Source: Marsupella aquatica (taxonomy: Eukaryota; Plantae; Marchantiophyta). Taken from it: 64,000 bases of DNA. The notes beneath the pieces were generated by a model. It searched no databases, was not told where the DNA came from, and saw only the letters and a program-made list of their open reading frames with translations. The stretch covers positions 8,765,832 to 8,829,831 of the forward strand of contig OZ316897.1 of the NCBI GenBank assembly GCA_973895155.1, read 5' to 3'. Shown in pieces: positions 36,751-48,500 of the stretch; positions within the stretch are counted from its first letter, which is position 1; every line of letters starts with the position of its first letter. Made by a program: the position numbers and the translations under genes.

Positions 36751-39700
36751 CTCACAAAGAGCCTCTTGATTTCATGAAACTCTCAAGTATTTTTTGGGTG
36801 GTTTTTCAGGTTGAAAACGATTTTGGGATAACAGGTAGGAGAAAAAATGGGTTTTCAGAATTTTAGGAGGTGGGGGTATCCGAGTGATGCTCGTAGACAA
36901 ATTCCAAGTGGGATAAAGAAGTCTGCTATGGACTCTCACTGGCCCTCTCCAAACTCCAGAACTTTATTGTGACCATTCTTAATTGTTTATCTCCGCTACT
37001 TTCAATTCTGCCATTTGTTTATTCTGTGTTAAGTGTTAGGACCTGTCTGATGAAAAGAACCATGGCCATCTCTAACCCGATTCTCCACTATTCACTCGAT
37101 CTGAAGTACTTGACTGCTACAATGTGTTGAATGTAACTGGTGCCATAGAATTGACAGATTTCTTCATTTGCATGGAGCCCATCCTCTCACTCGGGTGTTT
37201 TTAGGTTCGTTGAAAATCTGTAAGAATTCTTTGACAGAACTAGTTTAATTGGCATTCTAGCTCCTCTTCGGTACAGTTTTCCATAAGACCTGGGGGAACT
37301 GAAATTGGCTGAGTCTTGTCCCTGTCTACTAATGGCTACGTATGCAGCCTGGCAGGTCACCTTAATGGAATCATTACAGAAACAATGTTATTTTGTTGGA
37401 GTATGACGCAGAGAAGTCAGGATCGTCGAACGTAACAATTGGGCGAGCGAGAGCAAAGGTCAGATTTTGCCCATGATTTTGACCAACTCCTCCTTCTGCT
37501 TCTGCACCGATGTCACTCAATATTACTTATAAATCTGGACGCTTCTAAGAGGGTTGTGTACGCCCCACTTCCAGGATGGTTGCGTTTAACGTTGCACTTG
37601 TGATACATTCGTTAGGTCAGCTGTTGCAGCTCTTCTTCTTGATGTCCAGAGTATGGAACAATCCTCTCTACTCGTTAAAATGGGGAGAATTTGTTGTCAT
37701 CGTATTTTTCCAGTCTCATGACTGTATTGCTTGGCTGTGCAATGTCAGGAGTGTGGGCGTGATGAGGGTTTCGGGGGGCGTATGATGTTGCAGTGGCTAG
37801 GGCTGTGAATGCGACTACTTTGTGAGTGATTAATCATAGATGCATTGGCAACATCAGGAAAAACAAATATTGAAAGATAGTCGTGGTGAACGAAGGGGTC
37901 AAAAAATATTATATTCCAGTTTCTCAAATATCCAAGGCAGAGACCACATCGGTACAGGAAGAGAGTAGGCTCTTACAACCTTAAGGAAAAGGCTCTGAAC
38001 TCATTTGTTTTTCCTAGATCGCCCCTTGCACTTTTCTAGCCTGAACTGAGTCCTCTTTATCACCATTTGCTAATCTGGAAAACCACCTGTGCTATGTGAC
38101 AGGGCCATCGATTTTTGTGCGAGGAAAATTGCTTGATATTTTGAAGTGGATGATTCAGATTGAAGAAAGCATACTTGTCCAAAGAAACTAGAGCAAGATG
38201 TGCAGCTCCATGATTACCTAAACGTGTGATTTTCAACTGAAAACTTATCATTTATTTTGCAGCAGACCTAAGCCTGCCATTGGTCCAAGTAAGGGGCATT
38301 TTTGTGGCGGCAAAAGGCCCCAATCCAAAGGTTGGTCATCGGGCAACACTTCTGTAGCTAGGCGTAACAGTTTCAGCCGTGGGTATGGACCTATTTCCAA
38401 TGGTCGTGTTTAGCGACTGAATGGAGATGTAGACTATCCAAGCTTAGACTTGAGCACACGTGAATTTGTCCTTTTAAATTGGCTTACGGAGTTGATTTTG
38501 TAGCGTTTTCCCTTTCTGCAACAAGTATAGGATTGCTCCCCTGTTGGTGTCGCTTCGTCAATAGGGTTTGCCAGCAAACTGATAGATTCGTTCCTAGGAC
38601 CTTCAACAAGAAATCGAAGCCCCAAGGACAGCAATACGCGTCTTTGACCTCTCTTCTGTCGATATCAACGGGTAAGTTTGCAAAATTTGAGTTTTGCATT
38701 CACTAAATGATGACTTCCGAGACGGGTCTGAACGAACGTGCCAGACGTGTGGCAACAGACAAGTCTGAAAACTTCTTCTGCTTGTTGAAATTGAATTTAA
38801 ATTCTCCATAAACTAGGATTCAAAGGTTTGAAACATGAAGTGTGGAGGGACCCGAATCATTGGACTGAAGTTCTGATTCAATGCGGGAGCCATAAAGTGA
38901 CTTCTGTTTTGATTCTTTGTTACTCTTCATTGTGAAGTTGCTTCAGAGCGACCCCTGGGTTTGTGGACAGCTGTTGTATGTCTCAAATAGAAGCCTACAT
39001 CTGCAAAGTATCCTCGAAGTCAAGGCACCCCTGGAAAGCATCCTCTGTAGATTGGGGAAGTCTTACCTTGAAGTGCATCGATCTAGTTCAGACTATCTAA
39101 TTCTTCTTTGCTCTCGTGTGTTTTTAATGATTCTGAAAGCTCAATCCCCAAGAAATGATGAGTTGGAATCCCACTGTGATATTTCTCTGCACTTGGGAGT
39201 TGAAATTTGCATAGTAAGAGCTGATCGTTTCGCTCTACATGAACAATTTCTTTTGAAATGCCTCGTTTTGGTTCTTTGGAGAAAACACACTTGAAGAAGA
39301 AAGGTTCATCAATCAAAAGGTAAGTTATAAACACGACGACAGATAATAATCTCAGGCAGGACAACAGTTTACTGCCAGAAGCATACCAGTTAATATAACA
39401 CGATATCTTTATGGAACTGCATGCCCTCCATCAGTGTATTACTGTTGCAGTGATACTCATGCCTTGTCCGTTTGACATTAATAAATTTGTACCTCTCAGC
39501 CATAGAGTGAATCCTATTGTAGGATTCCAATTTAAGTGCTGGTTACTAAAGCTGAGTCACTTGTTTGGTACAGACGATGTGGTGAGAAAGTTGAGGACTT
39601 GAACTGAAGGAATAATTACAAACGGAGTCCCGGGAGAATCCAGTCCTAGTGCTGAATACTCAGGGCGAGTCAGTCTGGAAAGCACCCAAAAAATGGTTCA

Positions 39701-40431
39701 AAAACTAGTGGCACGGGCTAGGAGCGTCCAAAAGGAAAGACAGACATCCAGCTGAAAGACAGGATTGAAGAGTCTAAAACGATTGGATCGATTCTGAAAC
39801 AAAGGGTCATTCTCTAATCATGAGATCCCTTCGAACAACAACTAGTCACAATGTTTTCTTCTTCCAGCGCCCCGTTTTTCTGCAAGTATTAATAGAAACT
39901 ATTTAAAGGGGTTTACTAGTTTGGCAGAATATTTTAGCTTTGATCAATCATCGAGTTCCGTCCTATAATTAAATTATTGTCTTTTCCCTACTCTTGCCTT
40001 CATTGAGGCCTAGCTATCTGGCTACTCTATCGAAAGACCGTGTTGTTGGGGAGCTCCCAAACATCTCTACAGTAGGTAACAGAAACTATTTCTATTACAA
40101 TCGTTTTCTTTACTGTCATCCATTTATTTATCCAGTACACCAAAGTGTTTCAGTTGCAAAAATTTCATGAGAGCAAGATGGTGGCACAGAGCTCGAGGAG
40201 TCCTAAGATTTGTCTGCAGCAGAAAAATGAATATAACAGTACTACTGCTGGTGTCTACCAATCAGCGGAAGTAATTAAATTTGTAACAATAGGAGATGAG
40301 CGAATCCTTGGCATTTCCTTTGTGTTTTGAATGAGAATACATAGCACAAACCCCTTCAAGAAAGTTGAGCCCCCCCCCCCAAAGATATTTCCTATTACTT
40401 TTTGAGCAATGAACTGTTCAATGTTGAAAAT

Positions 40432-40830
40432 AATGCTCCCATGGTCCACAATGTTGGTCTTTGAAACCCCCATGGACCACATTTTCCAAAATTTGAGTTT
40501 AATTGTAATAACTTGATGTTCATTAATTCAAGTATTTTTTGGGTTTGAGGTATGTGCTAGAGGAGTAGGTAAGCTACACTTCCATCCAAGTGCGAGAGAC
40601 TTTTTAGCCATTTCAGTTGAGTTATTCATCATGGAATGCCGAGGGGTAAATTCTATTAGATTAATTTTCATTGTGTTAATATGAAATTTCAGGGAGTGTG
40701 TTTTTTCATGTCTCCTCTTTCTCTAGTTTTAGGCAAGTGAAAAACTAAAAAATATTTTAAGACTCACAATCATCAAGTTATAAGCCCAAAACTCCAATGG
40801 ACCACCAAAATGTGGTCTATGGGAGCACTG
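40432..40830 (+). mobile_element. ~395-bp MITE, family A, intact copy, Tc1/mariner-like ends
   Basis: Terminal inverted repeats tgctcccatggtccaca ... tgtggtctatgggagca(ctg); non-coding and AT-rich; homologous copies elsewhere in the window. Confidence 0.75.
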
Positions 40831-40994
40831 TGTCCAACGTGGAGGTCCATCCGGGCTTCACTTTTGTTCAATGTTACTCGTACCAAGGCCTGCTGATAAG
40901 TTCACCCTCTTTTATTATTTATGATAAAAACATGTATCCTTTAATTTATTTTGGACATTTTGCTTTGGGAGGCTGTTGCCCCTGTCAACTGGCC

Positions 40995-41490
40995 ATCTCC
41001 CCTTGTCACCTGAGAGTCTTGCAGGGGACATTTTGCTTCACCCGGTAGATTCCTCTGTCACCTGTCAGTTTCCAGTGTCCCATGTTTCTCCTTGCACATA
41101 GGCTGTTTCCCTGTCACCTGTCAGTTTCCAGTGTCCCATGTTTCTCCTTGCACATAGGCTGTTTCCCTGTCACCTGCCAATTTCCCTTGTCACCCTTTGT
41201 TTCTCCCTGCACACAGATCACACTATTGCCTGTCTAGAGCCTTCACTTTGCTCAGGAACAACACAGCCATTATTGTCATTTCCTTTGTCACTCTAGGCTC
41301 TTGCAGGGGACATTTGACTTCACCCAGCCATTTCCCCATGACATCTGTCAATTTCCCCTGTCACTCTGTTTCTCCTTGCACACAGATTGTTTCCCCTGTC
41401 ACCCTGCAATTTCCCCTGTCACCCTTTGTTTTTACTGCACACAGAAGGATAGATTGCACTATTGTCTGTCTAGAGCCCTCACTTCAGTTA
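40995..41490. repeat. Pyrimidine-rich tandem and duplicated repeats
   Basis: ctgtcacctgtcagtttccagtgtcccatgtttctccttgcacatagg recurs, nested in a ~280-bp duplication (cttgcaggggacatttt at ~41018 and ~41300). Confidence 0.75.
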
Positions 41491-41756
41491 GTGGCAGGGT
41501 CAGCACACTCTGGTGACATTATCAAGTACTCAAGCACAAACAATCCGTCAAGGGTTGTTCGGTGATTTGTATTGCTCTTCCCTTATCAGGGCTTGCCACG
41601 TCAGCAGCTTTATATCTCATTATTTTAAACCATATTTTGCGGTGTATTTGTAGGGTTGAAGTTCAGCACAGTGCATTGCCGAGGGTGTCAGAAGTAGTGT
41701 CTGTATACCCAATTGCACCAATCTCAGCCATTTATCTATAGATACGACCACTTAAC

Positions 41757-41880
41757 ATATATTTAGGATCTTCATTGCTCTTTAATGGAGCATTGGGGCT
41801 CCCGTACGCCTCCCAGCTGCGGGTCGGCATACAGCGCCCCATATGCTCCATTAAGGAGCATATCAAGACCATAAACATAT
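41757..41880. other. ~124-nt fold-back: pre-miRNA-like hairpin or tiny foldback element
   Basis: tgctctttaatggagcattggggc pairs with gccccatatgctccattaaggagca; pairing continues inward (gtacgcc/ggcatac, ccc/ggg) and outward. Confidence 0.6.
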
Positions 41881-42292
41881 ACCATAAACATATACATCAC
41901 AGATCTCTAGCAGCTGGTACTAGAGGGCCTGAATGGAGGCTTGGCTGCTTATAGGACAATCATCCATGTCCCACTTACTGACATAGTTATGACATGCCCC
42001 ATTGGTGATTGACGCAGCACAGGGCGGCTATAGGTTGGTGTCCGTTGGGCACACCATGGCCTTTTATTAAAAGTAAGACTTAGTTATGAGAGTCACTGGA
42101 TGTGGACTATAGAGCATGACACAATTGCATGGTCAATTTGTATTCTTAGGTTTTTGTCTTTCTAGATTTTGGGGGTTTGCATCAATTTGCCTCTCCTTTT
42201 GAGTTTTGTGTTTGTCCTCTTTGTGCCTCTTTCCTCCTGTGTACTTTATTTTCCCTTTCAAGTACACCAATCGTTTCTATCCTATCCCTTAA

Positions 42293-42740
42293 ACTGTTGG
42301 AGATTACAACCTCCCCCCAAAACAAATTTATTATCAGGTTGCACCCCATTTCATATACAGGTTGCTTTAACTTGACCGTAGTAACCTGAGATCACACGTT
42401 ATTGGTTTGCAACACTTGGAGGCTTGTGTTTAACCCACCCTAAACCCCTCCGACCTACTGTGCCTTCACCTTAGTTGGACCAGGTTCCTCGATCTTACAC
42501 TCACCCAAAATAATGCGGGTGCCAAATATTGTCTGTGAGCAAAAAAACTATCATGCTTCAGCCCCCCTCAGTTCCCCCACTTTTATGGTCGGGATAAATT
42601 ATGAGCCTCAGTGTGTTCCCCACCAATTACTTGCCATCTTGGGTTAGTGTAGTCTGGCTAAGCCAACCCACCTGAGAAAATGTAGGGCAACTTGATAATT
42701 TAAATTAGTTTGGGGGGCAGGTTACTTTTTGACTACAGTA
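42293..42740. mobile_element. MITE with ~60-bp degenerate inverted termini
   Basis: aacctccccccaaaacaaatttattatcaggttgc is inverted relative to gcaacttgataatttaaattagtttggggggcaggtt; ends in ctacagta. Confidence 0.5.
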
Positions 42741-43784
42741 GTTTGAGGGCAGGAAAGGAAAGGGAAGGAAACACAGTGTTAGTAAATTGGTTTTCTTTTT
42801 CCTCCTTCACCATTTAGAAAACAAAACTAAATAACAAAATCCTTTCTCAAGGTTTGGATAATTCAAAAGATTCACCAAGTCCAAACGCTCAATCCTATGG
42901 CCCAATCCTGTGACTCTGAAATCGTGATCATAATGACACCTAGCTGGATTAGGCCCTACCCTAAGCCTCAATGGAGTGGGCCCATGAGCTGAAATGTCAT
43001 GCCAACGTTAGTGATTGAGGGGCACTTTACAAGACCACATAGACAAAATCTCCAGACCTCTTCCAACACCCACTTTAGATGCTAGAATATACTACCCAGA
43101 CCAAAAACCAATTTCAGTTTTGGTGGGGTCCATGTGTATGGGAGGTGGCTACATGGAGCCCACACAACTTTGGACTTCCTCTAGAGATATTCCAATCTTT
43201 TGGCACCGAGTTTTCACCTTGTTCGCTTACAGCTAGGTCCCACCCAATTACAGGTACAAATTGGAATTCCCAAGCTCTAAACTGCTTCAGTGATATTATC
43301 AACATGATGCTGTTGCTGGTTTCATTGTGTTTAACTGCTCAGTCAAAATCACCCCTTTCACCCAGCCGGATTTGAAGTCCACAAAGCTTCACATCTGTGC
43401 TTGACCCCCCTCATGATGGGTGGACATCCCGAATTTACTGGGCTGGTCCCCTCCCCTAGTTTGGCTCATTCACCATCTATCCCAATTGGACGCAAGACAT
43501 TGTCACAAGCGCGGCCTGAGGGAGGCTGGCTTGCTCATGGTTGGAGATTTGTATTAGTTGATGGACTTGCTTCTCCTTGGCCCTGGGTCTGGGCTCTGGA
43601 TACTACTTGCTATACTCAATGAGCAATTTTGAAGCACCAATTGGCAATCATAGTCCCTTACATCGACCTCATGGCTACACTTTGCACAGTTACACTGTAT
43701 GGTTTTGGGTACAGGTATGTTATGTTCTATATCATCAGCTCACTTCATTCTCTCTCACTGCCATCTATGCACAGCTGGGGACTG

Positions 43785-44990
43785 AGCTTTCTAGGCAGAA
43801 TCACCCCTTTCACAGACCCTTCACAGCGCTCTCTCTCCATCATCCCAGGACCCAACATGAGGAGGAGAGCAATGAAATGGCCATCTGGGCAAAGGAGCTA
43901 TCAATCAACCCCTTATTACCCACACTGACTTCTCATTTTTTGGGATTTTTTGGGGGCGTTATGCCACACAATGCATTGTAAAGGGAACTTTACTGTATAC
44001 ATTAATTTATGCTTACACTAGCTTTTAACCCCTTATCACCCACAATGATTTCCGTGAACAGTGAAAAGTTTTCATTTCGAGGCAGAATCTCCCCTTTCAC
44101 AGACCCTTCAGAGCCCTCTCTCTCCATCATCCCAGGACCCATCATGAGGAGGAGAGCAGTGAAATTGCCATCTGGGCAAAGGAGCTATCAATTAACCCCT
44201 TAGTACCCAAAATGACTTCTCAATTTTCTTTTTTGGCATTTTTGGGGGCGTTAGGCCACACAATGCATGTAAACAGGACTTTACTGTATATATAAATATG
44301 CTTGCACCTAATTTTAACCCTTTATCACCCACAATGATTTCAGTGAACAGTCTAAAGGTCTCATTTTTGAGACAGAATCACCCCTTTCACTGACCCTTCA
44401 CAGCCCTCTCTCTATGGATTCCCAAATGATCCCAGGACCCAACATGTGGCAGAGAGCAGGGAAATCACCATCTGGGCAGTTATAGCCACACAATGAACTA
44501 GGGTGTCTCAAAGGGGGTCTCAAAGCTAGTAAATGGATGTACCTTAACTCCCTAGTTATGGGTTATGGACTATAAAATTCATAGTACATAACTTTTTGTC
44601 ACAAAGGTTGGTCTAATGCCATAACCATTAGTCACTATAGAGGCAAGTGAAAGAAAAACCTTTTTTTTTTTTTGACAAAGTCTTGTGAAAGAGTTATGAA
44701 CTCTTCTTTATGACTAAATGTATATCTGTAATTTCCAAGCTTTGAGACTCCCTAATTGTATACTGTATACATAAATTTATGCTTACACCAGATTATAACT
44801 TATCACCCACAATCCCCTTATCACCCACAATGATTTACGTGAACAGTGTGAAGGTTCCATTTCTAGGCGCAGGATCACCCCTTTCACTGACACTTTACAG
44901 CCCTCAATCTATGGATTCACATATGATCCGAGGACCCAACATGTGGAGGAGAGCAGAGAAATCGCCACCTGGGCAAATGAGCAATCACTA
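43785..44990. repeat. Array of four ~290-bp degenerate units
   Basis: cagaatcacccctttcacagacccttcacag...cccaggacccaacatg...ggagagca...ctgggcaa at ~43795, 44082, 44372 and 44870. Confidence 0.8.
44499..44755. mobile_element. Tourist/Harbinger-like MITE inserted into the array
   Basis: Inverted ends ggggtctcaaagct / agctttgagactccc, flanked by cta/taa; interrupts array unit 3. Confidence 0.6.
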
Positions 44991-45576
44991 AAAGATTTGT
45001 GAAGGCTGTCTATGGCCACGAGAGCAACGGGAGCGATGGCACCCACTCACTCACTCACTCACACTCACTCGATGCGCTGTAGACTGCCCAGGGTAAAATA
45101 TCTGGGCAGGCCCCCCAAATATCTTCTGGGTACGGTTCAACGGAATCAACACATTCCCACACAGACATGGCGAATTGATTCTCGTCTGTGGATGTGTCGT
45201 GGGCCCGCTTTCACCAGTCAACGAGCTCCTGGTTGATGCTCTCAGCTCGTTATCCTAATGGCAGAGTGCCAGCCAATGGGAGTGCGATTCTCTCATCACC
45301 TTCGCTTTTGGGATGCAAACCGAAAAAGGAGGACTCGAAGCAGATCTTAGCTGCTGGAGAGGAAAACGAAGGAATGTGCTTGCTGTGGCTGAGGTTTAGC
45401 GTGCACCACAGTAGGAGCAAGAGAATCAGCCCAGTGATGAGGCTTTGAATTCGGCCAAGGAGAGGCGAAGAGAGGGGAGGAGAGGAGAGCAGTGCAGAGG
45501 AGAGCAGACAGGGGCAAGCAGGGGTAGTGTGACATTCTGGACGAGTTTGTCTGAGCTGGTGTTGTTGTTGCTGGAG

Positions 45577-48500
45577 ATGGCCACGGTTTCAGCTACGACC
45601 GTCGGTACGGGTGCAACCCAGGTGTGGAACTCGATTGGAGGACACACTGAGCGTTCTTCGAGAGATTCGAGGGCTGTCCGATGCCGTTCGCACATTTCTT
45701 CCAGCTCAGGTGGGTTTCCCGTGTTCGTATTTACTGTAGTAGAAGTGGTCATTCACGAGAAGCTTTTCTCTGTGGTCTGCGTGACAATAATACTTGATCT
45801 AGTATGTAGGGCGTTGTCAGCTGTTGGAGTCTAGGGTTTGTCTACCATGAAAGTATCTTCCTTGCTACCTGTCTGCAATCTGTGTTGCTCCGTCTGTATC
45901 GTAGAAATTGGTTTTCCAAAATTGGTTGTTGGAAGACGTTGATGTAGAGGCTGTAGTGTGTTTCTCTCGAGATTGTGGTGGAGCTGCCCATGTAGACTGA
46001 GGACTGCTTCACTTGAGAGTTGACGATCTAGAAGCCAATGGGTGCATAGCATGATAAACTTTTTCCCCTGGTTTCCGTCCCAAGTAGTGAGTGCAACTTA
46101 TGTGGAATGGATTGCGTTAGTCGTATTGTGGCGTTTGATTCCATGGGCTCTGCTTCTGGAGTATGACATTGGGAGGTCCATTTCCTTTCCTTTGTCATTT
46201 ATTCCGTCAGCATTGATTGACGATCTGAGACTTTGGTCTACTGTGCTGTCTTCTGTTGTACAAGTTATCACATGTGTAGTCAGACCGAAGCTTTTAGCCC
46301 GTTTGAGTCTCACCTCCAAACATTATGCTTTATCACACATACTACATTAGCCCCGACACGAGAGCCCCTACTAGCTCGGGAATTCTGTGAGCAGGAGTTG
46401 CGATTATTAACTCTTCCTCCTCGCAGCGAACGTGAATGCCAATTTTGAGGGAATCCGTGTTGCCAATGATGTCGACCGAATTGGGAAACTGGTGAGCAAA
46501 TGTGAACCATGGCCTGTGCACAATTTCTAGAGAGCTGCTTTGCAGTCTGTTTTCGTGGTACAATGAATGTTGATACCTCTCGATAGATTGAACATGGATG
46601 TTTGAATTCTGAATTGTTATGTATGCGCTGTGCTCAAGCATTTCACTGGGACCGCACCTCCTTTCCGTGGAGGAAATTCCTTTCTAAACTCCGGGGCACT
46701 TATCTCATTTCCACCTTGTTGTTGCTTTTGTCCAGGTCGGGAAAAAGGGGTGGTCCTTGTGTCTCCCATCCCCAGGCAACATCGGAAGAACCCCCAGGGT
46801 GAGATTTCATTTCAATTCCGAGGGGCCAGTTTAAGTAATTAATAATTAGATGCCTGTTGTAGTGGCCTGTTTATTTCCTGTGGAAGACACGGTCATGGTT
46901 TATCTTTCCCTGGCTAGCTACTTGAATTAGTGCTACTTGACTGTAGACCTTAATGTCCATTCGCTGAGTTCATGCCAATCTTCTGATCTTTGAATTGGCC
47001 ACAAATCATTGCCTCATGTCCATTCTTCTGTTTCAGGTGATTTCTGCTGTAGTGGGCGGCGGTGGTATGTTTACTTCTACCCGACCAGAAGTACGCCGCA
47101 TCATTCCAGAAGCTCGGCCTGGAGTACCTGTTGTGAAAGTTGTCTACGTCGTTTTGGAGGCTCAGTACCAGTCTTCTCTTTCAGCGGCAGTTAGAAGTAT
47201 AAACAGGGTTAGGAAGGATCTACGGATTGAAGTGGTTGGATATTTAGTGGAGGAGTTAAGAGACAAAGATAACTTCGAGACGTTTTGCAAAGATTTGGAA
47301 GACTGCAACATTTTCATCGGTTCGCTAATTTTCGTTGAGGAGTTGGCCACTAAGGTCAAAACTGCAGTTGAAGCCCAGAGAGATCGTATGGATGCCGTGT
47401 TGATTTTTCCATCTATGCCGGAAGTCATGAGACTCAACAAGCTTGGCACATTTTCTATGGCCCAGCTCGGTCAATCGAAGAGTGCCATCGCGCAGTTTAT
47501 GCGCAGGAAACGCAAGGAATCTGGCGGTGGTTTTGAAGAGGGGATGTTGAAGCTGATCCGAACCTTGCCGAAAGTCCTTAAGTATTTGCCTACCGACAAG
47601 GCTCAGGATGCACGAAACTTCATCATGAGTCTCCAGTTCTGGCTGGGCGGTTCCCCTGAAAATTTGGAGAACTTTCTCGTAATGATATCGAACTCATACG
47701 TTCCTGCATTACAAGACAAGAAGATGCAGTTTAATGATCCTGTTGTGTTTCTAGACACAGGCATCTGGCATCCTCTTGCTCCTACCATGTATGATGATGT
47801 CAAAGAGTACTTGAACTGGTATGCCACTAGACGGGATGCTAATTCGAAGTTGAAAGACCCGAACGCTCCTGTGGTAGGTCTCATTCTTCAACGCAGTCAT
47901 ATTGTTACCGGGGATGACGGCCATTATTCTGCAGTGGTGATGGAATTGGAAGCCAGAGGCGCCAAAGTGATCCCCATCTTTGCCGGTGGATTGGATTTCT
48001 CTGGCCCAGTGGATCGATTCTTTTACGACCCAATCTCAAAGAAACCCTTTGTGCAGTCTGTGGTGTCCCTCACTGGTTTCGCCCTGGTCGGAGGACCCGC
48101 ATCACAGGACCATCCACGTGCTATCCAAGCTTTGATGAAGTTGGATGTGCCCTACATGGTGGCATTGCCTCTTGTTTTTCAAACTACCGAGGAGTGGTTA
48201 GACAGCTCACTGGGGCTGCATCCCATCCAGGTAGCACTGCAAGTCGCTCTTCCCGAGCTGGATGGAGGGCTTGAGCCCATTGTTTTCTCTGGACGGGACA
48301 GTCGAACAGGTGAGGTTTTGCTCCCATTGTCTTGTGTAGCCCCTCAGTGCCGCAAATGAGCTGGGTTTCCTGTCTCTTCTCTGTTCTTATTATATGTCGT
48401 AACATACTTTGCAAATGGTGAGAAGTTTTCACGGACTAAGAGCAGTCTCGGAGGTGTACGAGTGTGTAGTCTTTCTGATTACGTCTGGTAGGAGATTATC

